64,000 nt of DNA from a virus (lineage: Duplodnaviria; Caudoviricetes), in the IMG/VR virus record IMGVR_UViG_3300028888_000047, positions 128,001-192,000 of that record. One strand, written 5' to 3'. A program made the translations under genes and the position numbers. Of the stretch, positions 45,323-54,263 are shown piece after piece; position 1 is the first letter of the stretch; every line of letters starts with the position of its first letter. Under the pieces are notes generated by a model. The model was not told where the DNA came from and ran no database searches. It saw only the letters and a list, made by a program, of their open reading frames with translations.

Positions 45323-45384
45323 TTAGGAAACTCTTTTTTGGTACGGAATTTGCAGTTCTGTGAAAATTTGCTGTAAGTTTCCTT
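45323..45384 (-). ncRNA. ACAGCAA-stem RNA #13 carrying a Cys(GCA) anticodon stem-loop
   Basis: AAGGAAAC-TTACAGCAA...ACAGAA-CTGCAAA-TTCCGT...GTTTCCTAA. Confidence 0.78.
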
Positions 45385-45467
45385 GTTCATATATAAGCCT
45401 ATGAAAAACACTATACAAATATACAAAAAATATTTGATAAACAAAAATTATTATTGTTAAAAAATGT

Positions 45468-45655
45468 AAAAAGGTGAATAATCGCGTAGATTATCCACCT
45501 TCATTGTTCTAATATCATGAAAACACACTTAGTATGAGATACATATCAGGATAATCTACTTAAAATGAACAGTATGGTTCTTCTCCGAAAGCATATTCGC
45601 CCTCGTAGCCGCCGTAAACCGGTTCATAAGTATAATTAAATGATATGTTTTGCAT
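45468..45655 (-). promoter_or_regulatory. Leader-peptide attenuator B (31-aa uORF 45655-45560, antiterminator, terminator)
   Basis: GTAGATTATCC right after the stop is the perfect complement of GGATAATCTAC in the terminator AAGGTGGATAATC-TACGC-GATTATTCACCTT-TTT. Confidence 0.75.
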
Positions 45656-45696
45656 TTTTTCTATTTTTATAATAAATATAACAATTTTTTTAAAAG

Positions 45697-46158
45697 TCAA
45701 GATTTTTTAGTAAAACTGGTGGATAATATATCAAAACATTCTTTTTTCTTTGCTTTTAATTCTTTTATTTTTTCATTTATCTTCTTTTTTTCAGCCTCAA
45801 ATTGCTTTAATTCCCTGTCAATAGATTCTGTTAATTTATATGCATATTGTTTTCCAAAATCTTCAAGTGCTTTTTCTGCCTCTTCTTTAACAGTAAAGAA
45901 CCTAAATCGTTTATCTACTACTGAGTCGTCATTTACTTCGCCTCTGTGATAGCATCTTATTGGATTATCCCAAGAAACTCCTGCCGAAGAACATGGTACA
46001 CAATAAAATGTACCAAAAAAAGTCAAACCTGTGGCTTTCTCTTTTTGCACAAAAGTTTTAACTTTATTTCTTACTATTTTTCCTTCTCTGATTTCTGGAA
46101 AAATATAGTAGAGCCTGCCTTTATAATTATTTACGTCTTTTACCTTTATTAATTCCAT
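45697..46158 (-). CDS. Hypothetical protein
   Basis: ORF track. Confidence 0.6.
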   Translation of the reverse strand: MELIKVKDVNNYKGRLYYIFPEIREGKIVRNKVKTFVQKEKATGLTFFGTFYCVPCSSAGVSWDNPIRCYHRGEVNDDSVVDKRFRFFTVKEEAEKALEDFGKQYAYKLTESIDRELKQFEAEKKKINEKIKELKAKKKECFDILSTSFTKKS

Positions 46159-46610
46159 AATAATACAGATTCATCTTGAAAAATTCCTGTGCTTTCTGCT
46201 ATTCCGTAGACATCTTTTGTCCATCCAAAACAATTTCCGTCTGTGCTATCAATACGGAAGTATAGTTCTTCATCACGCTCTATAACTTCAGTGCAGCGAT
46301 GAACCATATAGAAATCGCCATATCCGCCTTCTTTCAATGGGTATACAAAATGACAAAATACAGGCTTCCCAACGAAAAATTCCTTATCGACAATTTCTCC
46401 AATAGGAGTAATTTTACAATATTCCATATGAGATATAATAGGATGCATTGAATATCCGCTTTCCCAATGCATAACAGTTTCTCCGTTTTTCAAAGCATCA
46501 AGAATTTCTTTTCCATCTTGTACTACTCTATATCCTTTAACCTCTTTTGGCTCGTTTACAATTTCCTTTTTCATTTTATTTAATATTCTAATATTTGTAA
46601 CCCATTCCAT
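46149..46610 (-). CDS. S24/S26 peptidase-like protein (paralog of 25435..25770)
   Basis: SGYSMHPII...YMVHR. Confidence 0.55.
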   Translation of the reverse strand: MEWVTNIRILNKMKKEIVNEPKEVKGYRVVQDGKEILDALKNGETVMHWESGYSMHPIISHMEYCKITPIGEIVDKEFFVGKPVFCHFVYPLKEGGYGDFYMVHRCTEVIERDEELYFRIDSTDGNCFGWTKDVYGIAESTGIFQDESVLLWN

Positions 46611-47692
46611 TCTCCAACACGTGGACCAAATATTTTGTCCATTCTAGAAAAATGCTTATCAAGTGATTTAAACACTCTATCTATGTCATCTGAAGACATT
46701 TCTTTTTTCTTTGGCTTAGGTTGATTTTCATCATTTGATTCATCCCATTTCACACCAATGACATCATCAACGTCTTTACCATCCAATGCAGTATGAGCCA
46801 CGCCTACAATTCCATCAGGCGTGTTTGCATTAAGGGATTGTTTTGTAAGGTCAACTTCAACATAGATGTTATGTTTATCATCGCAAATAGAAAAAACCTT
46901 ACTACCGTTATCTCTACCAACTATTTTGAATGGTAATTGCTCTCCTATTCTAAATCCTGCACATCCATTATCTGTTGATATGTTTTGTCTTGCAAATATT
47001 GTAAGGGATGAAATGAAATCGTTTGTAGGAATCATTGCCCCAGTAGGGGTTATAATATGGGAATTATTATATGGAGAAAAGCCGTGCAATTCCAATATAA
47101 TTTTCCTTATAGTTCCATCTATTTCAGATGTAGGATATGTTGACATATTACAATAATCAATCCACATTTTTTCGTCAACAATATCATCAACATCTACCCT
47201 TTCAAAACCACTGTTTATTGGCCAAAGTTCAAAACCAGGACTATATTTCAACCCCATCATTTTACACATTGATGGTGATATTGAAAATGTGCGTCTTCCT
47301 GTTGTATTTACTCCTTCTATAAGATTTCCATTTTCATCAATACTAACTTCTCTCAGTATTAACGAATCTAGATTAACGCCTTTATATTCTCTTATTACTC
47401 CATATAGCTTAAAATACAAACGGCCAAATTCAACCCCTTCAACAGATTCTTTTCCCAATGAATATATAGCGCCAGGAACAAATTCGTTTCCATTTGCGTC
47501 ATCAGCTTTTTCTCCCCTTAACATTTCAACATCTACATCAAGTAGTTGCATAAGGGAAAGTGATTCATTAGAAAGAGTAACCCATTTAGGCTTATTTGAA
47601 GTATAATCTATCAAATCATTTTGAAACACAACGTCACTTTCAAGTTTAAATCCTAAAGGTCTTCCTATTTTTGGGTGTATTATTTTTGCCAT
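46580..47692 (-). CDS. Hypothetical protein
   Basis: 370-aa ORF. Confidence 0.7.
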   Translation of the reverse strand: MAKIIHPKIGRPLGFKLESDVVFQNDLIDYTSNKPKWVTLSNESLSLMQLLDVDVEMLRGEKADDANGNEFVPGAIYSLGKESVEGVEFGRLYFKLYGVIREYKGVNLDSLILREVSIDENGNLIEGVNTTGRRTFSISPSMCKMMGLKYSPGFELWPINSGFERVDVDDIVDEKMWIDYCNMSTYPTSEIDGTIRKIILELHGFSPYNNSHIITPTGAMIPTNDFISSLTIFARQNISTDNGCAGFRIGEQLPFKIVGRDNGSKVFSICDDKHNIYVEVDLTKQSLNANTPDGIVGVAHTALDGKDVDDVIGVKWDESNDENQPKPKKKEMSSDDIDRVFKSLDKHFSRMDKIFGPRVGEWNGLQILEY

Positions 47693-47750
47693 ATTTATTT
47701 TAGCATTTAAAAATCCCTCACATTTTGCAAGGGATTTATTGTTTTATTTT

Positions 47751-49169
47751 TTATCGTGGTCCTCCATCTGAAGTACCATCAACAGAATATTTAGCTTCAA
47801 TTGCAGCAGCACTTGTCGCTTTACTATCAATTGCCACACCTGACATCATAGAATCAAGTTCGGCTCTCATCTTAGCCATTTCACGCTCATTATTCAAACG
47901 CTCCTTTGCTGCTTCGTCAATAATGCGCAAACAATCGCTAGTGGTTTGTTTAATTTTCTCTTGATTATGCTTAAGAGTTTCAAGCTTAATTGATGGGCTT
48001 TCAGTCATCTTAGTAACACGAACCTTAAGGTCGTGCGTAGCATCTGCATTGTGCGTAAGAATTTCATTAAAGCCATCAATCATAACCTCATGTGCTTTAA
48101 GACCTTGTTCAAGATTGTATAGATATACTGCTTGCTGCAACTGGTCGCGAAGCATTGGCATCATATTATCAATATCCTGAGAAATTGAATTACTATGAGC
48201 AATGTTCGCGTCTTGTATGTCACGAATACGGAACAATGATTGATTGAATGACAAATGCCACGTTAGCATTGCTTCAACTCTTTTATCAAGTTCGTGCTTA
48301 AAGTTTCTTGTATCATGAATATCGATTGCTGAATACTTGTCTGGCTGTGACTCCATTACTTCAAGGGCTTTTCCATATTCCTCAGATTTTAGTTTTGCTG
48401 CGATAATCAACTTTTCCAAAACCTCAATATATGAAATTGTTTCTTGGAATCTCTGCTCCAATTCAGTATTATCACGAAGTGCAATTGCCTGTGCAGCGTG
48501 AAGTTTCTCTTGCATCATTTCGACATCCTTTTCCAAATTCTCACATTTGGTTATGAACTTCTGAATTGAGAAAAACATCTTATTGAGCAAAGGAATTTCA
48601 CGAATAGTTCTAACAAACCAATTTGGCTTCTTAATTTCATCCAAATCAATTGTTACAAGCTTCGCACTGATGGCTTTCATAATAGATTGCGTTTCTTCTC
48701 CAAGCTTCGCAGAAGAACCACGTTTCATCAAATCCTTAGTGCTTCTATTCAATTGCTCGCTAAGTTCGGCTCCATAGTTGGAAATTGACATCTTATCATG
48801 AACGTCAAGCTTCTTACCAATGTTGTGATATTCCTCTAATTCACTGGGAGTGAACTCAGACATGTTAACAACGCCGTCGTCGTTAATTCGTCTAAAAGTG
48901 GTTACTTTCTTTTCCTTGGAATCGAGTATTTTAGCGACTGCTTTAGTTGTATCGCCAACAGTGCTTTTCTTTTCTGTTATTTCGCTAATAACAGCAGAAA
49001 CCTCACGTGTATTGGTTGCTGACTTTTTTCGTGTTCTTTTAGGCTTTTCAGCCACCTGAGTAGATGCCACTGTTACCTCTACAACAGGAGTTTCGGTCTT
49101 TTTCTTACTTGCCATATTATATCTAATCAATATTAAACGATTTATGCAAATATACAAAAAAAATACCAA
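47751..49169 (-). CDS. TelA/KlaA toxic-anion resistance family protein (likely start MASKK ~49115)
   Basis: ISNYGAEL..., helical coiled-coil pattern, IR.IQ.AN, P.L.DQL..A. Confidence 0.72.
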   Translation of the reverse strand: MVFFLYICINRLILIRYNMASKKKTETPVVEVTVASTQVAEKPKRTRKKSATNTREVSAVISEITEKKSTVGDTTKAVAKILDSKEKKVTTFRRINDDGVVNMSEFTPSELEEYHNIGKKLDVHDKMSISNYGAELSEQLNRSTKDLMKRGSSAKLGEETQSIMKAISAKLVTIDLDEIKKPNWFVRTIREIPLLNKMFFSIQKFITKCENLEKDVEMMQEKLHAAQAIALRDNTELEQRFQETISYIEVLEKLIIAAKLKSEEYGKALEVMESQPDKYSAIDIHDTRNFKHELDKRVEAMLTWHLSFNQSLFRIRDIQDANIAHSNSISQDIDNMMPMLRDQLQQAVYLYNLEQGLKAHEVMIDGFNEILTHNADATHDLKVRVTKMTESPSIKLETLKHNQEKIKQTTSDCLRIIDEAAKERLNNEREMAKMRAELDSMMSGVAIDSKATSAAAIEAKYSVDGTSDGGPR

Positions 49170-49197
49170 GAAAAAAAATCTTTGGCGTTAAATATTG

Positions 49198-49551
49198 TTA
49201 AATAGTTGGCTTAAATTTGTAAAACAAATCATAGTAAAACGAAGTTGTTTTATCAAAGTTGATATAATGCCCACTTTGACCGCCCCACATATTCCAACCG
49301 CTGTTTTCAAAATGCCCAATTAAATAAAAAATATCAGTATTTGATTTGATAATATTTATTGCCCCTTGAATTCCTGTATGATGCTTTTTCATCACTAATG
49401 AAATAAAACGTTTAAATTCACCAGATTCTTTTAAACACCTTAAAAGCTTTCTATGTGGTGGCAATGTCATATATTCTTTTTTAGCAATAAGCTCTTTATT
49501 TAGGCTTCTTAAAGCCTTTTCTTTTTTTCTTTTTTTGCTGCTTTTACTCAT
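49198..49551 (-). CDS. Hypothetical protein, weak 'KRFLKE' family similarity
   Basis: LLRCLKESGEF. Confidence 0.55.
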   Translation of the reverse strand: MSKSSKKRKKEKALRSLNKELIAKKEYMTLPPHRKLLRCLKESGEFKRFISLVMKKHHTGIQGAINIIKSNTDIFYLIGHFENSGWNMWGGQSGHYINFDKTTSFYYDLFYKFKPTI

Positions 49552-49656
49552 ACTAATTAATCAATATGATATACTCAATCAAAGATACAAAAAAAACACG
49601 AAATAACCAAATATTTCGTGTTAAATAATGTTAAAAATTATTATATTACGCATTTA

Positions 49657-50085
49657 TTAGAATGGTAAATCATCTTCAGGCTCCTTAGCTATTGTTGTTT
49701 CTGCAACGACAGGCTCTTTCAACTTACCGGTACTAACTGTGGTTTCTGTTGTGGTTGTAGCGCCATCAGTACCATTGCTACTTTTGCCACCAACGTAGTT
49801 AATGCTATCAGCAAACACATCTATTGATATTGCAGTTTCACCTGCCTTAGTTGTGTAGGTGCTTGCTTTTAGCGTGCCGGTTATAAACACATGACTTCCC
49901 TTCAATAACTTCTTATTACCTACCAACGATTGACTTGCAGTAACCTTAACCCATGTTGTTGTTTCCTGCTGAGTTTTCTTGTCATAATCGTTTGTTGCTA
50001 CTCTAAACGACACAAATTGTCCGTTCTGCGTTTCAAATGTTTCAGCATCTGCGCCCAAATGCCCAGTAAATGTTGTTTTAATCAT
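49657..50085 (-). CDS. ssb: Single-stranded DNA-binding protein
   Basis: GHLGADAE, FRVATN, TTWV, KGS.V.ITG.L; acidic DDLPF tail. Confidence 0.93.
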   Translation of the reverse strand: MIKTTFTGHLGADAETFETQNGQFVSFRVATNDYDKKTQQETTTWVKVTASQSLVGNKKLLKGSHVFITGTLKASTYTTKAGETAISIDVFADSINYVGGKSSNGTDGATTTTETTVSTGKLKEPVVAETTIAKEPEDDLPF

Positions 50086-50105
50086 ATCTGTAAAATATTT
50101 TTTAG

Positions 50106-50417
50106 TTAAGTAAATAAATAAATTTCTTCCCCGTTATCAGATAATTCCCATTTATTATCTGTTAATAACTCTTGTTTAAATTCCTTATCAACTAAATCAT
50201 TTAAGTTTACTTTGTAAAAATAATCATTAGTTTCCCTGTTAATTTCAAATGTAACATCTGCAACTTTTTTTAGTTGTTCCAATTGTATTAATGGTAATGT
50301 TGCATTTGTCTTTTTTCCATTTTTTATTAATTCTTTTAATTCATCTATTTTCATTTTACTTTTTTTAACACAATACAAATATACAAAAAAAAATTGAAGA
50401 ACAAAATTATTCTCCAA
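50106..50417 (-). CDS. Hypothetical protein (likely start MKIDE ~50354)
   Basis: Promoter lies within the extended ORF. Confidence 0.55.
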   Translation of the reverse strand: MENNFVLQFFFVYLYCVKKSKMKIDELKELIKNGKKTNATLPLIQLEQLKKVADVTFEINRETNDYFYKVNLNDLVDKEFKQELLTDNKWELSDNGEEIYLFT

Positions 50418-50431
50418 CTTTTTTTTAATTT

Positions 50432-51352
50432 TTATTCTATGGTGTACTTTTTTACAATTTCACCTCTGAATATGTCAATGGGAATTGGGTGTGGCAATCT
50501 TTTAAATTCAGAATTAACCGAACGCATAATAACACGTTTTACATTATCTTCTCCATATTTCTCAACCAATGTTTTAAAAATAGTTCCTTTCTGATTAAAC
50601 CCATCCTTTAAATATGACTCTTTAATTCTGTTATCAAGAGTTACCCAAGGCATAAGAATTGCATCAACATCGTTATATGTAAAACCAGGCATAATTTGGT
50701 CTAAATCAGAATTTGATACACCATTGCCATCAGTAGGTGTAATCTCAATAGCAACCTTTAAAGCCTCAGAACCTTTATAAACCTCTTTATAAAGGTAATT
50801 AGCCAAGCCATATACTTCGGTCTTCCAAAGGTTTCCAATTGGGTTTAAATCGCCAACATCACCATTTACTGTAAAGAACCCCAAATAATGTTCAGTTAAA
50901 TTATCAGTATCAATTACAATACCCCCATGTTTACTTGCAATGTCATAGAGTGTAATCATTCTAAGACGAGCCTTTATATTACCCTGAGAAATATTTGTAC
51001 TTTTAACCCCTGAAGCCTTTTCACACATTCTCTCAACGCATTCAAATCCTTCTTGAATGTTGAATTCAGAAAACTCATTGCAAAATTCCTTACCCGCCAA
51101 TGCAGCAGAAGAAACTTCATCACCTTTATTTGTTGAACATGGTAAACTAATTCCGACCAAAGGAATGCCTATCTTTTCATTTACCTTTTTACAAATAGCC
51201 GCGCACACAGTTGAATCAAGTCCGCCACTCAGTCCTAATACCATTGCCTTAATACCATTATCGGTTAAATACTTTGCTGTGGTGTTAACAATTGTTTCAA
51301 ACACACTCTTGTAATCAAGAGGCTCACTTCTACCTATTATCATAACTTTCAA
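50432..51352 (-). CDS. nadE: NH3-dependent NAD+ synthetase
   Basis: LGLSGGLDS, GNIKARLRM, GFFT..GD, PIG.L.KTEVY. Confidence 0.92.
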   Translation of the reverse strand: MKVMIIGRSEPLDYKSVFETIVNTTAKYLTDNGIKAMVLGLSGGLDSTVCAAICKKVNEKIGIPLVGISLPCSTNKGDEVSSAALAGKEFCNEFSEFNIQEGFECVERMCEKASGVKSTNISQGNIKARLRMITLYDIASKHGGIVIDTDNLTEHYLGFFTVNGDVGDLNPIGNLWKTEVYGLANYLYKEVYKGSEALKVAIEITPTDGNGVSNSDLDQIMPGFTYNDVDAILMPWVTLDNRIKESYLKDGFNQKGTIFKTLVEKYGEDNVKRVIMRSVNSEFKRLPHPIPIDIFRGEIVKKYTIE

Positions 51353-52013
51353 TTAATAATTTATTTCTTTCTTTATCTTTTTTTTCTTTATTTACATATG
51401 CCAAAAATTCCCTAGATATAAAGTTCGTATGTACTTTTTTCTCATCATAGAATTTAGCATCTTTAATAAGAGGTATCATTGCTAAGAAGTTTTTCTCCAT
51501 GATTTTCAAAGAGAACATTCCTTCCTTATCAAACTGAATTTCTTCAGGCTTATCTCCGTATATTTCGTTAACATATGAGCCGCCAACCATTATTGCATTG
51601 TGCATTTGAAAAACCTTCATCATTTGGTCAAAACAATTGGTATTTCCCGTTCTTCTACTCACACTAAAGAATGAACATAACTTATGTTCTATTAATTTAG
51701 GCCTTGAATAAAACAGCCTTGTGATAAACGCTTGCAACTGTGACGTGATGGAATAATAGTATACAGGGCTTCCTATTATAATCCCATCTGAATGCTCAAT
51801 AACTTCTTCTACAAGAGGTAGGAATGTGTCTACCTTACATACAGTGTTATTATCCTTACATTTCCTACAATTAACACAATGTTTTATATCAGAAGGAATA
51901 TCTATTGTGACTACTTCTACGCAATCATGCTTAAACAAGTCAGATAGATAGTCAACGCAAGCCCTTGTACAACCGTTAGCGGAAGGAGAACCGTTTATAA
52001 TAGTTACCCTCAT
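51330..52013 (-). CDS. Iron-sulfur flavoprotein / flavodoxin family
   Basis: INGSP..NG.T, CVNCRKC.....C, GSPVYY. Confidence 0.88.
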   Translation of the reverse strand: MRVTIINGSPSANGCTRACVDYLSDLFKHDCVEVVTIDIPSDIKHCVNCRKCKDNNTVCKVDTFLPLVEEVIEHSDGIIIGSPVYYYSITSQLQAFITRLFYSRPKLIEHKLCSFFSVSRRTGNTNCFDQMMKVFQMHNAIMVGGSYVNEIYGDKPEEIQFDKEGMFSLKIMEKNFLAMIPLIKDAKFYDEKKVHTNFISREFLAYVNKEKKDKERNKLLIESYDNR

Positions 52014-52984
52014 TGTTTTTCCATACTAAGAAGTGCATTACCACAAGTAATTCTATCTTCATCCTCTTCCTTAGAAGGGATAAATACAATTACATCCCAT
52101 CCTGCCTCAATTAATGGCTGCTCAAACTGCTTATAGACATCATACTTATAATATCCTTCAGGAGTGTTAATACCATTCTCATTTGCTTCATTTGTCTCAT
52201 GAATGGGAGTAATCTTAACAATAAACTTATTCTTGTCGAATAACTCATCAAGAGTCTTTGGGTCAAGAATTGTTTTATCTGTTACAGGAAAATTAAGTGT
52301 ATACTTACGCCCAACCGGCATCGGAAGTTCTTTGGCAATATCAGAAATTTCCTTTAGCGACAAAGACCTATTTCTAAACAATTCATTACGCTGAGTTTCA
52401 TCAGTAGAATTGATAGATAATTGTAATCCTGCTTCTCCCTTATAATCTTCGTTCTTAATTGAACAGAACTCAAGAAGAATATCCTTAAGTTTATCTTTGC
52501 CAACTCCTTTTGGACACATCGTTGTGAATACAGGATGAATCGCATCTGCCTTCATTTTTGAATTGACCAAATTCCTCAAGTCCTCTCTCATAAAATCAAA
52601 TACGTTCCTTGCGTTGAATGCAGGTTCTCCCATACGAGCAAAGTGTAGATTAAATCGTGCTGTATAATTACACTTTGACGCATTTATAGACCTTTCAACT
52701 TGCTCGTAAAGTTCTTCCCTTGATGCATTACCACCAAACTTAACCTTTGGGCAGTCACAAAACATACAAGCCATAGGACAGCCCTTCTGTGTTGAAATTG
52801 TTACAACCAACTTATAACCGAGGTCTACTTCATGGTGTTTAACTTGATTAATCTCTTTTGTAAGACCAAGGAAATTTGCCTTAATGTTATTTTCCTTACC
52901 GTAATCTCCTACATATAGGTATTCCAACTTTTTCTCTGTGTCGCAAAAAATTGCTCCAGTACGTGTTTTAAATTCTTTAATCAT
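52010..52984 (-). CDS. RlmN/Cfr-family radical SAM RNA methyltransferase-like protein (N-terminal domain absent)
   Basis: ISTQKGCPMACMFC, MGEP, C-terminal TCGN Cys. Confidence 0.75.
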   Translation of the reverse strand: MIKEFKTRTGAIFCDTEKKLEYLYVGDYGKENNIKANFLGLTKEINQVKHHEVDLGYKLVVTISTQKGCPMACMFCDCPKVKFGGNASREELYEQVERSINASKCNYTARFNLHFARMGEPAFNARNVFDFMREDLRNLVNSKMKADAIHPVFTTMCPKGVGKDKLKDILLEFCSIKNEDYKGEAGLQLSINSTDETQRNELFRNRSLSLKEISDIAKELPMPVGRKYTLNFPVTDKTILDPKTLDELFDKNKFIVKITPIHETNEANENGINTPEGYYKYDVYKQFEQPLIEAGWDVIVFIPSKEEDEDRITCGNALLSMEKQ

Positions 52985-52985
52985 A

Positions 52986-53225
52986 TTATTCAGTTTCAGT
53001 TATTTCTTCAATAATTTCTTCTTGTGCTTTTTCCTTTCGTTTTTTAAGAAAATCCCTGAGCCACAAAATGCCAAATACAGCAGCAGCCCACATTAATACC
53101 TTCTTCCAAGAGAAACCAAGCATTCCACCTATAATGCTCATAATTGCATCAATAATAAGTAGTATAATTGCAAGTTCTCCTAATAGAAGTATTAAATACC
53201 AACCTTTCTCAAGTAATTCTTCCAT
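52986..53225 (-). CDS. Small membrane protein
   Basis: Two TM segments. Confidence 0.65.
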   Translation of the reverse strand: MEELLEKGWYLILLLGELAIILLIIDAIMSIIGGMLGFSWKKVLMWAAAVFGILWLRDFLKKRKEKAQEEIIEEITETE

Positions 53226-53227
53226 AT

Positions 53228-54262
53228 TTATTGCGTTTTAACAAATGAATATCCACTGTTAACATTTACTTTTGCTTCTTCTATCAAAATTAAACAACAA
53301 CTTAACACGCTGTGTTTTCTACCTTTTGTGTACAAATCATCAACATTAACTCTTGTCTTTGTTTCTCCTGTTATTTTACCTAATGAAATAAATGGACTGC
53401 CACTGCCACCTGATACTGCATATGCTACCGTATCTCCATAATGAAGCTGTTTTTCTCTTTTATCTGTGAATGAAATTGGTTTTCCATCGTGGTTAGACAT
53501 TGCTTTAATGTATTTATCTGTGGCGCTTTTCTGCTTTCTATTTTTACGTTCAGAAATCGCTTTTATTGCGTCCTTTTCATCAATGAAAAATCTCTTGCAT
53601 CCTTTATCTCCTTTAAAAGGATAGTCATAGAAATAATTATCAATTTGTTCTGATAGTTTATCTTCCCATATACTTTCTCCAACTATTATAAAGCCATTAT
53701 CTCCAAAGCAAATTTCATATTCGTTTTCCCCATCTTCGTGATTTTTTATTTCTGTAAACGTGATAGCGATAGGTTTATCTTGTGTTTCTGACGAAATATA
53801 ATAAACAACAGTTCCTGGCTTTAATAGCTTGAAGCACTTACCTTCTCTAAGTTTTGCTTGCCATTCTTTTGCCTCATCTTCAGTGGTGAAAAAACGCCCA
53901 ATGTGGCTTCTATTCCCTTTATATTTAAAATTCTTTATTTTATTGATTACTTTTTCATTATTTTTTGCAAGTTCAGCATTTCTATATGCACCAGGAACAA
54001 AAGTTTTAGTTCCTTCTATGTCTTTTGAATATCTAATACTTCTAGTGCTCCAACTTTTATATCTTTCCTTAACTATAATAGGAATAATTTCAAAATTATT
54101 GGTATCATCTAACATATAGATTATATCTCCTTCATAATCTATACTAATTACTTCATCGTTATTAGATGTTATTTTTTGCGTTTTATACACTTGTTCTGGA
54201 TGATACCTGTTCTCAACAGAAAATTCAACACCGTTTAAATCGTTAAAAGTTTTTTTTGCCAT
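53228..54262 (-). CDS. Hypothetical protein
   Basis: 344-aa ORF. Confidence 0.7.
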   Translation of the reverse strand: MAKKTFNDLNGVEFSVENRYHPEQVYKTQKITSNNDEVISIDYEGDIIYMLDDTNNFEIIPIIVKERYKSWSTRSIRYSKDIEGTKTFVPGAYRNAELAKNNEKVINKIKNFKYKGNRSHIGRFFTTEDEAKEWQAKLREGKCFKLLKPGTVVYYISSETQDKPIAITFTEIKNHEDGENEYEICFGDNGFIIVGESIWEDKLSEQIDNYFYDYPFKGDKGCKRFFIDEKDAIKAISERKNRKQKSATDKYIKAMSNHDGKPISFTDKREKQLHYGDTVAYAVSGGSGSPFISLGKITGETKTRVNVDDLYTKGRKHSVLSCCLILIEEAKVNVNSGYSFVKTQ

Positions 54263-54263
54263 G

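Noticed and set aside
19446-45384. ACAGCAA-stem repeats as a CRISPR array or transposon/MITE ends
   Set aside because: Copies are dispersed, inserts vary from ~20 to ~145 nt and are tRNA-like, and the two ends covary as an RNA helix. No cas gene, transposase or target-site duplication was seen.
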